From NCBI GenBank assembly GCA_047495785.1, contig JBLDXI010000013.1, positions 3,658,001-3,722,000 of the forward strand: DNA of 64,000 nt, written 5' to 3'. The position numbers and the translations under genes are program-made. The notes under the pieces were generated by a model. It worked only from the letters and a program-made list of their open reading frames with translations, did no database searches and was not told the origin of the DNA. This DNA comes from Lepidodermella squamata. Taxonomy: Eukaryota > Animalia > Gastrotricha. Positions 35,848 through 47,626 of this stretch are shown piece by piece. Each line of letters opens with the position of its first letter. The stretch's first letter is position 1.

Positions 35848-38163
35848 ATGAAGCAAATAATCAGAATATGTCTTTACCTTCTCGTAGCGTTTGGTTGCTC
35901 AGCAAGCGATAAGCCGTTCACACTAGACATACTGTCAGTGATGGCTGTGAATGGTGTCGCTGGTACTGATTTCTACGTCTGTCGAGCCGCCCAGCAAATG
36001 GTCGCCGATATCGTGAACAACCGAAGCGACATTCTCCCGAAATACCGAGTTGCCTTCGACTTTCGCGATGAAGGTCTCATCGGTGGCTACACCGTTCATG
36101 TAACGTATGACTACATCAGAAAAAAGCGAAATAGCACTACAGTTATGTCCCCAATCATGGTTGGACCGTTCTTCTCTGCAGGTTGTAAAGCTCTAGCTTC
36201 ATTCGTTCATCACGAGAATATGGTGGCAATCGGCTTGTCCTGTACCTCGCCGAGCATAAGTGCGAAGAGAAATTTATACCCCAATTTCTACCGGGTAAAG
36301 AGTCCGAGCCAGGCTAGTCTCGTTGCCAGGCTGCACTTCATGAAAACCCTGGCAAAGAACTGGAAAAGGATAGCAATCCTGTTCCAACGAACGGCAACAA
36401 ATGCTGGTCAGAACGAGCTGGCAATGTACTTTTTCAATTTAGCGACAGAGGCTGGCTACGAAGTGGTCACTTATGAAGCTAGCCCTGACTTTGGTGATGA
36501 TCTTATGGCTAGCCTCAAGAAACTGGATGTTCGGATAATCACAGTGGAATCTGGAGATTACCTTGCTTATTTGACATTTCTGTGCCAGGCTTATCGGAAT
36601 GGTCTGAAAGGTCCGAGATACATGTTTTTCCTACCATCAGGTCAACTTTCGTTTCTGGGCGTGTTACCACCTGGCTTTCGATGCAGCTTGGATGAGATGC
36701 TCCAGCAACTGAAGATCACCATGTTGATCGGAGCTCCTCTTGAAGGCGTTGTTGGCATGAATTCGACCGCGAGTTCATTAGGGCATAATCTTGATAGTTT
36801 TGAAAAGGAATTCACACCGCGCTACAATCAATCTATTAAGGGGGACTATCCATTTCGCCACTCTTGCTATGATTTGGCTCTTCAAGCCGTTATGAAGCTG
36901 CATCAAACAGAGATTGAGCTTACCAAGCAGAATTTGTCCTTGATTAGCTACATCTCCGAACCGCATTTGGTCGCTAACATCGCGAACCAAACTGTAGCTT
37001 ATGGTGAAGAAGTCAATCAACTGAGATTCAGCCGTTTCCATTACTCACCACGCTTAGAATTCGATTATGAACCTCAATATTTAGTAACATATGACGCGAA
37101 AGGGAAAAACGATCGGTATGTAATCACATGCTTCGATGGCCCAGGCGTAAATTGCGAAAATTATAGTTCTCATCACATGGTAGCGATATCTCCACTTGAT
37201 TTCCCCATGCCGAGTGACGGCCCACGTCGGGAGGTTCGGTATCGAAATATCGAAAAGGAAGGCTTTGGAACAACAATTGCCTTTTCGGTATCGGCAAGCT
37301 TTCTTCAGATCGGCTTCTCCATACGGTTTTCCAGAAAATATTTCCTTCGTTTCGAACATCTTGTATCATGTCTCAGTTTAGTTCTCATCAACATTGCAGC
37401 CATCATTGCAACTGTTCCGAGACATTTGATGAGCAACGAATCTTGTTACATTGAGGTGCTACTGCCAATATTCGGAATTTCATGGCTTCATCTCGCAATT
37501 TTTTCTGGGGTAACGCGAGGCTTTGAAAAGCTGAAGAACAACAAAGCTTTGCGAGCTCTGTCTCGGATTACGTACATTCATGGTGATTTTTCCCCAACAA
37601 CCAGCGCGAACGAACGTCCTTCCAGCCAGGTTATTGCGGTTGAATTTGCAGAGGTTGGCTATTTTTCATTCATCGGTCGTTATCGGGACTTGTTGGTGAC
37701 AGGTGTCGCCACTCAAATTGGGACTGTATGCTTTTCAGCTTTACTTATCGCTGACTTCTGCGGCTTAAAGGACAGCCTCACTGATGTTACTTATGACGAT
37801 GCGACTGACGTCCGATCTGAGGAATGGAACACTGCTTGTGATTTCAATCGGTCACGATTTTTCACGTGGACAGGGTTTCTAATTGCACTCAACCTGATCC
37901 CGCCGCTGCTAGGCGTGATAAAGACAGTTTGCTATGGCCAACAGCTATTGAGCGGAAGTTCGAAGCCTGTGGCAGAGGTTCGGAGATTTGTCATCGCTAA
38001 TGTTTGCTTAATGACTTTGTGCTTTGCTCTTGCGGCAATCGCTTTCATGTCGTCTTCGGCTTTTGCATTCAGTATCGTCATGTGCGTCGGATGTTTAACC
38101 TACTCGAGCAGCGTATTTTGCGTCATCAATTCCGCTGTGATTTTCAAAAGGCACAAGCGGTAA
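35848..38163 (+). CDS. Orphan class C GPCR, GABA-B-receptor-like (Venus flytrap + 7TM), intronless CDS, 771 aa
   Basis: Signal peptide; VNNRSDILPKY, GPFFS..C, SPSISAKRNLYPNFYRV, WKRIAIL, LKKLDVRII, FLCQAYRNGLKGPRYMFFL (GABA-B-type ANF-receptor motifs); seven hydrophobic segments; no Cys-rich domain; very short C-tail. Confidence 0.85.
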   Translation: MKQIIRICLYLLVAFGCSASDKPFTLDILSVMAVNGVAGTDFYVCRAAQQMVADIVNNRSDILPKYRVAFDFRDEGLIGGYTVHVTYDYIRKKRNSTTVMSPIMVGPFFSAGCKALASFVHHENMVAIGLSCTSPSISAKRNLYPNFYRVKSPSQASLVARLHFMKTLAKNWKRIAILFQRTATNAGQNELAMYFFNLATEAGYEVVTYEASPDFGDDLMASLKKLDVRIITVESGDYLAYLTFLCQAYRNGLKGPRYMFFLPSGQLSFLGVLPPGFRCSLDEMLQQLKITMLIGAPLEGVVGMNSTASSLGHNLDSFEKEFTPRYNQSIKGDYPFRHSCYDLALQAVMKLHQTEIELTKQNLSLISYISEPHLVANIANQTVAYGEEVNQLRFSRFHYSPRLEFDYEPQYLVTYDAKGKNDRYVITCFDGPGVNCENYSSHHMVAISPLDFPMPSDGPRREVRYRNIEKEGFGTTIAFSVSASFLQIGFSIRFSRKYFLRFEHLVSCLSLVLINIAAIIATVPRHLMSNESCYIEVLLPIFGISWLHLAIFSGVTRGFEKLKNNKALRALSRITYIHGDFSPTTSANERPSSQVIAVEFAEVGYFSFIGRYRDLLVTGVATQIGTVCFSALLIADFCGLKDSLTDVTYDDATDVRSEEWNTACDFNRSRFFTWTGFLIALNLIPPLLGVIKTVCYGQQLLSGSSKPVAEVRRFVIANVCLMTLCFALAAIAFMSSSAFAFSIVMCVGCLTYSSSVFCVINSAVIFKRHKR

Positions 38164-39526
38164 GACTCTAAACCAATTATCAATGTCATCGATCAATTGA
38201 GATCATTACTACGTCAACATCGGTTACATTGATTGAAAAGAAGGTTATCGAGGATTCTTTTGCCGCTCTCGTTCGAAATCCAGCAATAAAGATTTAATTA
38301 TGCATTGCGAAAGCACACATTATCAAATAAATCAAACGAAATGAATGTCACTCGCTGTTAGCCTTAGTCTAAATTATCGCCGGTCTTTATTCACATTGCC
38401 GCATTATCTCAAGAAAAAAGCTGATTAACTAGGGCACCATCTGGAAAATTCAGCACGTCTAAAATGTCCCACTTAGAAAATTATTGGTCGACGGTTCGCC
38501 CCATGTTGCAGTCCCCATTTTCAAGGTGGATTGAAAGCTTAGTCTTATAAGCATTTCGCGTCCTTGTTATAAACAAGATTAATCGAAGAAAATATTCCCA
38601 TCGTGTTTGACCAATAGCTTTGCCGGATATTTGAAGTAGGGGCCTAGAAGAAAGAAGAGGATTTGAAGAAGGGGCGAAACAGGTTCTAGCTAATCTAATG
38701 CTAAAAGGGTTTGTCAGTAGCTCGAGGCTTCTCTTTCGCTCAGAAGCATTTTGAAGTTGTCAGGAAACGATAATTGAATCAGTTCGACATAACTTACCCT
38801 CGAGACTGCCACTTACATTATTCCGTTGAGTGACGGGTTTCACAAGCGTAGGTAATTTGCGTATGGTGACGTTTCAACTAAATAAGGGGAGTATACAAGA
38901 CAACTTGAACAGGCCACTGTGTCATACCATCCACTTAACATGTAAATGGGCCCAATTATCCTACTTATCAATGCTCCAGACTCCAGACACTGGGTGCCCA
39001 ATTTCTAGATCCAGGAACTAGTATACTGTACTTCATAGGAGTAATAACGGATTATTCGACTTGATAGATGCATGGATGCCCAACAATAATAGTGATGAGA
39101 TTGGTGTTGCCACCTGGCTTCCGCTAAGTACCGGTCTCTCAACCCAACACAGAGGCCATAACGCAGCAACGGATCATCAGATTGGAGCTCCATTGATGGA
39201 TGACCAGCAAGGCTGCTTGCTGTGCACACTGTGTGGTCAAACCCCAAAGTGGCTTTCCTAACACCAAGCACCCATATGTAAAGAGTTTTCTACGGGTTCT
39301 AAGATCCACCATCACAGAATTAGCCATAGACACACATCTTCACCTAGTTAGTTGTATTTCAACAGACAATTTGGGGACTTGGACTATCTAGACAGTCTCT
39401 CCTACAGTTGGGAATTCATTAGTGTCGGGCTATCAGCTGCATCGGAAGTGCCCCGCAACAACTCATCACTTGGGAGTCACTTAAAGAGCCTCGAATTATC
39501 TATTGCGTAGCGCTAAACTTCTATTT

Positions 39527-41911
39527 ATGTCCACAATATTTGGCTCTGTTATTCAGATTGCATTTTTAACTCAAATTATCATGCCTATCCTGTTTCTGAT
39601 GAGCATGTTAAGCTCGTATCTTATGGCAACGGAGAGTTCCCCATCGAAACCATATACTTTGGACATTTTATCCCTCACCGATGTCGACGGGGTAGCTGGA
39701 ACTGATTTCTTCGCTTGTCGAGCCGCCCAGCAGATGGTTGTCGACATTGTCAATACTAGGAACGATATCTTACCCAACTACCAAGTCTCGCTCGACTATC
39801 GCAAAGAAGGTTTCATTGGAACCTCTGTCGTTCACGTTACTTACAGCTTTATCCGGAAACCTCGCAATAGTTCTACAATCATGTCACCTATCGCCATTGG
39901 CCCGTTTTTCTCAGGTGCATGTAAAGCTCTTGGATCTTTCGTCCATCACGAGAATATGGTGGCGATCGGCTTGTCCTGTACCTCGCCAAGCATTAGTGCG
40001 AAGAGGAATTTATATCCTAATTTCTACCGGGTAAAAAGCCCGTGCCAGGCTAGTCTCGTTGCCAGGCTACACTTCATGAAAACCCTCGCAAAGGACTGGA
40101 AAAGGATAGCAATCCTGTTCCAACGGACGGCAACAAATGCTGGTCAGAACGAGCTGGCAATGTACTTTTTCAATTTAGCAACAGAAGCTGGTTACGAAGT
40201 TGTCACTTATGAAGCTAGTCCTGACTTTGGTGATGACCTTATGGCTAGCCTCAAGAAACTGGATGTTCGGATAATCACAGTTGAATCAGGAGATTACTTG
40301 TCTTATTTGACTTTTCTATGCCAGGCTTACCGCAATGATCTGAAAGGTCCGAGATACATGTTTTTCCTACCATCTGCACAGTTCTCCTTCGTCGAAGTTC
40401 TGCCGTCGAGCATCAAATGTAGCATGAACGAAATTCTCGAGCAAATGAAGATAACCCTATTGATAGGAGCTCCTTTGGATGCAGTCGCTGGGACTCATAG
40501 TAATTACAGTTCTCTAGGGCACGATTTGGCAAGCTTTGAAGCAGAATACTATCCTCGTTTCAATCAATCGAAGAACAGGGGCGATTATGTGTTCCGCCAC
40601 ACCTGTTACGACCTGACGCTCCAAGCCGTCATAAAGCTGCACCAGGCTGATCTACAATTACGAAAGCAGAACCTATCCTTGGCTGATTATAAATCGTTTC
40701 CAGAACAGATTTCTCGGATAGTAAACGAAACTGTAGCTTATGGCGAGGATGTCTACCAGGTGAGATTCGGTCGATTTCATTATTCGAAAAGATTGGAATT
40801 CGACTATGAGCCACAGTTGATCGCAACCTACTCCCCTGTAACCAAATCAATGCAGGATCGATACGTCATTACATGCCGAGAAGATGATTTCATCAACTGC
40901 GATAATTACACTTCACTCCAAATGAAAGCCATACTGCCTATTTTGACCGCGATTCCTAAGGATGGTCCGACAATGCAGAGAACGTTTCAAACCTTTGATC
41001 TACCTGGTTTTGCTGTTACAATTTGCGTCTCTGGTTGCCTCTCGCTACTTCAGCTGATATTCACATGCGACTTTTCGAAGAGATCTTATCTCCGACCTGA
41101 ATTCATCGGATCTTGCTTTGGATTGATTTTGCTCAATACTGCGGCAGTGGCGTTCACTTCGCCGAAAAACTTGGTAGGATCTTCGTCCTGTATTCTCCAA
41201 ATCTTGCTATCAACATTCGGAGTGTCCTGGCTTCATCTTACGATTCTAATCGGGATTTTGAGAGGTTTCGCAAAGCTTCGATATCGAAAGTCAATTAAAG
41301 CTCGAGCGAAGAGTTGGAAACAATTCTCACCCCCGGAATCCTCCTCAAAGCTTTCCAATGCCCCGGAAAGCTCAAGAGCAGGGTTAAAACTGCACCGGTT
41401 GAGGCTCAGGTCAAATTTCAAGCTGAGGAAGTACGTTGTGATTGCGGTTTCAATAGGCAGTGCAACGTGCTTACTGCTAACAGCATGGATGCTCGAAGAC
41501 TTTCATGGCTTGAAAACTTTCATCACAACCATCACCTACGACGAAGTTTCAGATGTCCAAACTGAAGTCTGGAGTGTTGTATGCGACTTGTCCCCAGGCT
41601 CTTACCCGACATGGCTTGGGTTGATAATTGCTGTCAATTTAATACCACCGATTTCAGGCGCAATTTCAACCCTGAGATTCGCCCAGCAATTGCTAATCGG
41701 CCGCTCGAAACTTGTCTGGGAAGTCAAATGTTACGTAATGGCTAATCTAGGTTTATTGCCGCTGTTTTTCGCTTTTCTAGCCATAGCTTTGATGTCAAAC
41801 TCCGCGTTCATGTTCGATATTGTCATGTGTGTAGGGTGTCTAGTTTATTCAAGTAGTGTCTTTCTCGTTTTAAACATTTCGAAGATCTTGAAACTCGGTG
41901 TCAGAAACTAG
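39527..41911 (+). CDS. Orphan class C GPCR paralog 2, intronless CDS
   Basis: Collinear paralog of 35848-38163. The start is uncertain (ATG 39527 or 39581; the ORF track begins at TTG 39503). Confidence 0.85.
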   Translation: MSTIFGSVIQIAFLTQIIMPILFLMSMLSSYLMATESSPSKPYTLDILSLTDVDGVAGTDFFACRAAQQMVVDIVNTRNDILPNYQVSLDYRKEGFIGTSVVHVTYSFIRKPRNSSTIMSPIAIGPFFSGACKALGSFVHHENMVAIGLSCTSPSISAKRNLYPNFYRVKSPCQASLVARLHFMKTLAKDWKRIAILFQRTATNAGQNELAMYFFNLATEAGYEVVTYEASPDFGDDLMASLKKLDVRIITVESGDYLSYLTFLCQAYRNDLKGPRYMFFLPSAQFSFVEVLPSSIKCSMNEILEQMKITLLIGAPLDAVAGTHSNYSSLGHDLASFEAEYYPRFNQSKNRGDYVFRHTCYDLTLQAVIKLHQADLQLRKQNLSLADYKSFPEQISRIVNETVAYGEDVYQVRFGRFHYSKRLEFDYEPQLIATYSPVTKSMQDRYVITCREDDFINCDNYTSLQMKAILPILTAIPKDGPTMQRTFQTFDLPGFAVTICVSGCLSLLQLIFTCDFSKRSYLRPEFIGSCFGLILLNTAAVAFTSPKNLVGSSSCILQILLSTFGVSWLHLTILIGILRGFAKLRYRKSIKARAKSWKQFSPPESSSKLSNAPESSRAGLKLHRLRLRSNFKLRKYVVIAVSIGSATCLLLTAWMLEDFHGLKTFITTITYDEVSDVQTEVWSVVCDLSPGSYPTWLGLIIAVNLIPPISGAISTLRFAQQLLIGRSKLVWEVKCYVMANLGLLPLFFAFLAIALMSNSAFMFDIVMCVGCLVYSSSVFLVLNISKILKLGVRN

Positions 41912-42921
41912 TTTGAGGGCGCCGTTTCAGGTAGGATGCGACTTGAGGTATCGCTTCGACATTTGCGATCACCCGAGCCAAACCGGGATAATTACTCTTG
42001 AAATCATCGTAATCCAGGACTGCCGGTCTCTCAGCAACTATTATATAGTGTTTATAATGTATCGGAAAATCGCAAATTAATAAACTAATTACCGGTGGGA
42101 ATCGGGACGTATGCTTCGATGAAGCAGTGAATGACCATAATCAGCATAAAATCTGCGTACGTTGGCTGCAAATAAAAAATTGTAATCAATTTGATTACTC
42201 AATATAATTAATTGATAGAAATTGATATTTTAAAATTGCAATTGAAATAAATTGAAATGTTAATAAAGAAATTAATTTTACCGAATCGCCTCCAGCCAGA
42301 TATTTCGATCCTGAGTCTTTTAGCTTCTTCTCCAAATGGCCGAAAATCGTTGGGAATCTGTTAAGCTTCAAATTTTTGGTAAATTCCTCCTTCTCCGCGA
42401 CGCTTTCCAATGTCCACACCAGCTTAGAAACATCTAAGAAAACTTCATTGAGGCTGGGTTGAAAATAGCCTAAATTTAGCGAAATTATAGGGTGGATCGA
42501 GAATTATTACCATTCGTAAATTTCATCAGCGTTGAGCTTTTCCGAGGTTGTTTTCCCGTCCAAACCCTTCCAGTGAGCAATGAACCTTAAGATGGCGCCC
42601 GATTGAATCATAACGCGACGATCTCCGTTTTCATCGTCATATTCAAGAACGGGAAGTTGTCCGACTGGTGTTGCTGTGAATGTCAACAAAATTAGGTCTA
42701 ATTAAAAGGTCTTATTTTAGCAACACTACTTGGCTTGACGTCATCCCAGTCCTCAGGAGTTACCCGCTTGTCTTCGAAAGGAATCTGAGGTTAAAATTAT
42801 GAAATAAATTGGTAATATTTTGCCGAGTTTGAAAGAAAATTACGTCCAAGTAAGCCAATACCAGCCGAATCACCTCGCTACGTCCGCGGCCATCAAAATA
42901 CGCTAATTTGATATTTTTCAT
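41901..42921 (-). CDS. Sigma-class-like GST, GST10 (most divergent, detached from the cluster)
   Basis: MKNIKLAYFDGRGRSEVIRLVLAYLD..TPVGQLPVLEY..VASYLKRRPQTSF-TGA (41901-41903); same six-exon structure. Confidence 0.9.
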
Positions 42922-43364
42922 AGAAATTATATTTGTAAAGAATGGGCAGTAAGCCGTTGTAAAAGAACTTTCGAAATGTAAATAGTGAAAGTACTTTTAT
43001 GGTGTGGTTTTTATGGCGTCACGCGTGAACGCGTGCCTCGTATGCTTTTCATACTTCCATTGCCACATTCATAACAAATATTGCATGAAGATGCTGCCAT
43101 CGGCTAATTTTTTTCAAAAAATATCTATGAAAATCATGTCTTGAGCATGAAACATATTTTTGTCCTAGCCCAATATTTTTTGAAGAGTTTTCATTTTCAT
43201 TTCGAGACCCCGGGTTTTGATGTGCCGAGCCGCCCTTAGCCCTGTAGTCACCCTACTGAAAAGGCGTGATTTTTATACGAAAAACGTTCCCATGCATTTT
43301 ATTCGAAAAAACTTCAGCCAAAAAAAACAAATAAAAATACTTTTTCTTTATTTTTTAGAAAAAT

Positions 43365-46145
43365 TCATTGTTCGTCATCGGAGCCTGAAATTTTGAAGCT
43401 AGTTCGGCCTTTTATCTCGAGTCGCGATTTTCCATTCGCTATTTTTGGCACTGTTCCATTGTCGGAACTTCTGAATGAACTGTCTCGAGCTAGCAACGAA
43501 GCAGCCGGCGCCATAGAATCGAAATTGTTAGCACTGCTGACCCGGTCGAGAGCCATAGAATCACTCGCCCTCAAACTGTTATCATTCCGCCGCAATCTAA
43601 AAGACGAGCCTTTTCGAAGAATCGAAGAATTCCTCTCAAGTGCTGCCGATGACGCTTCAGGAGATTTTCGGCGAATAATGACAAATGACGACCAGAACGG
43701 GTTAAGCGTACAGTCGACCAATTTTAGGACTATCGAATAGTGAATCATCGTCGATAGCGCTCGCCGTTGCGGCTGTTGCGCGTCGTAGCCGAGGTAGCCG
43801 AGTGCCGCTATTAGCGGCGCCATGCAAATGATATATTGGAGCAGGGACCAGGCTGCAAGGCGTGCTAGCACTTGCTCACGCCGCTTTTGATGCCGAAATT
43901 TATAGGCCATTATGTCGCCATCGCTTTTAGATCTGGTGATTTTCTTTTCTATTCTATGGGATACAGCATGAGCTCGGCGGATAAATATCCATAAATACCT
44001 GAAATCACGAGAAACAATTAATTAAGGGTCCAACAAATTTCCAACGAATCTTTGGTTCCTAATATTGTAAGCCCTTAAATAATTTCAAGTTTATGAAATT
44101 TTTAATTTTAATTTAATTTTTGTAATTTTCAATTTTTCAATTCTGGGATTTTTTATTTCAGCTACCTAAAACCCAATGTATGTGAAAAAATTAAACAAGA
44201 TGCTCCCAAGTCTGCAGATTTTGAATGCTCGAATGCTGAATTATTACTATTAAAAATTGGCCGTTAATTATGAAATTTAAAAAAAAATTTAACGAATTAA
44301 AAAACGTACGAATAATTGAAAATTGTGATCAGCAGAGGTAGCGTCATCGAAAATATGCCGTAAAGGTAGCTGATGGCTCCTGTGTTGAAAGTCAGCCTAG
44401 ATTCGATTGCGAAGCAAACATAAACCGGTTCGGCACCATTTTTCACCCCGCCGATGTAGGCTGGGAGAACCTGCATGGCATTGTCAGCATGCATCTGCCA
44501 TACATTCGCCGCGACTATGCAGAGAAAGACGCCGATAAGGGTGATGAGGAGCAGCCAGAAACGAGCGCGACAGGGCGCTCCTGTTTGTTGAGGCATTGAT
44601 GCGTTCATCGTGGTAACGCTGAGGTTACGCTCGACGCTAATTAGGGCGAATATGTAAAGGGTCATTGTCATGAGAACGCTGGAAACTGAAGTCGACATTA
44701 TACAGCCGAATAGGCCGAATGGGTCGTCAACTGACATTCTAAAAATAGCACAAAAAATTAGCTTCCGAAGTCAAGTAATTATAATCCTATTTTTAGTAAA
44801 GTAATCGATCGATTAAAAATCCTAATCCTAAAATTCTAAAATTGTAAATAATTTGAAGAAAATAAAAGTACAAATTTGAATATGGTTTACAAATTTAATC
44901 CGTGAATATCAATGAGAGAGCAAATTAATTCGAAATGTCGCGCAACTTAATGTCGAGTCTCGCGCTTTATTACTTTGCGCACACCTTAATGTTTTGCGCG
45001 ACGTTTTGATTTTATTTGCGCGCTGTTTCGAATTAATTTGCGCGACGCCTGTCCAAGACCCAATATCGAATAAGTTTTTTCTAAAAAGAAGGAAACTCAG
45101 AAAGTGTTTTAGGGATCGAGAACTAACTTTGAGGCTCCAGCACTACAGATGTTCCCAAAACAAGAATTTCCGAGGTTCAGCTTTTCTTTAAAATACAAAT
45201 CTTTCATGAGTTTTCTCAACCAATATATCTCAAATAAGCTTCTTAGTTCTGCAATACGGAGCCGATATCGATTTCTGGAATGCATTTATAAGAAGTGATT
45301 TTTCCGATATGAGCAGCCTCAAATCCAGCATTGAAAAAAATCCCATGGCAAAGGGTAACAAAGCCGCAAAATAAAAAATTCATGTTTGTAGGATGCAATA
45401 CTATTGATCAAAAAAGAAAAAACCCGACATTGGAAAAAATCAGAAAATTCTCATCAAATGCATTACGCCATTTGTTTCTATTTCCGGTATACTGTTACGG
45501 CGCGCAAATCGCGATATAGCCTTGAATTTTAACAAAATCATTCAAAATTTCGAATCAATTAAAAAAGCTTGAAATGTCTTCTTCCATGCTCAGAAAATTT
45601 CAAAAGACTTGCCACTGAAAATGCCACTGAAAATAAAAAATCCGGAGAAATTTTTTCCAGTCGGATGAAATACCGAAAATCCCGAACTGTGAGTTGTTCC
45701 GGGTTTTCTTCGGCAAATTTCAAATTTATTCGATGAAAAGGCATTTTTGACGACAATTTACGAAACCCTGTCTACCTAAATCATGTAATTTTATAAAATA
45801 CTGTAAAAAAATTCCTCACCTTTGAATTCCCTTCATTATTCCCATGGCGGCGTAGACCAGATTGCAAACAACAAGCGAGCTTGTAAGCATTAGGAATTCG
45901 CGGCTTATTCCTCGCCGGCGTTTGAAGTTCCACAACGCGATCAAATTGCAAGGAAACGCGCAAAAACTGACCGCCATAATTATCGCCGCTTCTACATAAT
46001 TGCAGTACCAATCGGATCTGTTAAATTGCTGCAGATACGCGAACAGACACTCATCCGCGGTGCCGTTGAATTCCGGTATGCAAATGTAAGACTTGTTGAC
46101 GGAGCTATCGACTGGAGCTACAAGACTCCAACATGTCTCTGTCAT
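43365..46145 (-). CDS. Orphan rhodopsin-like (class A) GPCR, about 462 aa, 3 exons
   Basis: Exons 46145-45820, 44738-44310 and 43998-43365 total 1389 nt in frame; TM1 PCNL; TM3 C..LISVERN; ECL2 Cys; TM5 LPLLITIFNY; TM6 YIICMAP; TM7 LNPFW; Ser-rich tail. Confidence 0.82.
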
Positions 46146-47626
46146 GATAATATAACCTACTTAATTAAAATATGTCCTGCTATTTAATTTTTTGGCCAGT
46201 GGGTAATAAAAATAATCGGTGAGGAAAGTAATAATGAAGTGGCACTTCCTGCAACCTCTATCGGAAGTAACTCCCTCCCCTGCAATAGAAAAAAAGCTAA
46301 TCAATATCAATTTTATAGTACAACGAAGCAAATTTCCTTAATTTTTTCGCATGAGCGTTTTCATTGAAAAATAGTAAGTTGAATCAGAAGCCCTGCTAGC
46401 AAATACTTATAGGGTATCAAATCAAGCCGTTGTTGAAGAAAAGTGGAAATAAGATTGAATCCCATTCAAATTAAGATAACAAGAGATGTCAACATGGAAT
46501 CGAATCGATATGGTTTAACCGCGCCGCGGGATTGACAGAATTTCCGCATAGGATGCAGACTATATGCTTCTTGCACAAAATCGATGTTTAAATCCTTATG
46601 AAGCCCTGCTAAATCAATTTGTATGTCGTAGTTTAGAGGTCCTCAACTAAACACAGAGAGAAATGGGATGTAAAACGGGGGTGCCTTGCCATATACTAAT
46701 ATTATGCCAAATTAGGGGCCGAAGGAAGTGTCATATATCAGCCTAGACGCAGCGCAAAAAACTCTGAACTATTGGACATGTGCCATTATTTGCTAAATGG
46801 ACAGATACGTCTTAAAATAAAAATTTAATCATTATAATAATTTGCTCCGCACCTACTAATCTAAAAATTTCTAAAGTTGAATGCGGCTGGTGTGTCGAAA
46901 AATTCGGCATTTATGGGCCTGAAAATTTGACCTTATGAGCCCGTCAGGCATTTACGCACATGTTTTCGATTTTTCAGATTGAGCAAATCAATTGTTTGCT
47001 GTAGTAATAGCTGAAATAGCTGAAAAATACTGGTGACTGGAGGGAGAACATGATCGATTAAATTGTTTTATACTAAATTGTACCCCGTAAAAGGCGCGAC
47101 TGCATGAGTCAGTTTCAACTGTCAAAATTCCCTTGTGGAAATTATAATATAACTGCGACAATAATTTTATTCGGCTGTCGAAAACATGGGGCGAAATGAG
47201 GGCAGGCGGACTTGCGATGACTAGGGCAAATTTATCTTTATTAATTTTTTAGAGCTTAAAGTGTTACTAAAAAGTACAAGAGGGGTCAAATCTGGATATC
47301 GCTCAGCTACTATAATAAGCATTTTGATTGATTTTCTAACCACCTACACCTTCTAAAATCCCGATTTCATCCCTATGCTCCAATTACGTAGTGTCCGGGG
47401 CGAGATGTCTGTGACTGATTCTGACACGAAATTGACCCATTTTTGACACTGCAAGCAATAAAATAAAAACCAACAAATTTCGGGCTTTATTTCCGCTGTA
47501 GTCGAAATGAGTTCGATGATTATATACGCTGTTATTTTTCATAAAATTGGCGATACATTTATTTTGGCGGAGTACTAACTAAAGCACAACAAACGCCTAT
47601 AAAATAGTTTTATAAAATTTCCGAAT

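Noticed and set aside
38880-39400. Possible Penelope/GIY-YIG retroelement remnant (CTLCGQT..WLS.HQ)
   Set aside because: Similarity is too weak and interrupted to support without a profile search.
35848-41911. Bacterial horizontal transfer of intronless periplasmic-binding-protein genes
   Set aside because: The motifs are animal GABA-B type and are fused to a 7TM domain.
43690-43740. TM7 lysine suggesting an opsin
   Set aside because: In VLKLVDCTLNP the Lys is 8 residues before the conserved Pro (position 7.42), whereas the retinal-binding Lys is at 7.43; NPxxY is also absent.
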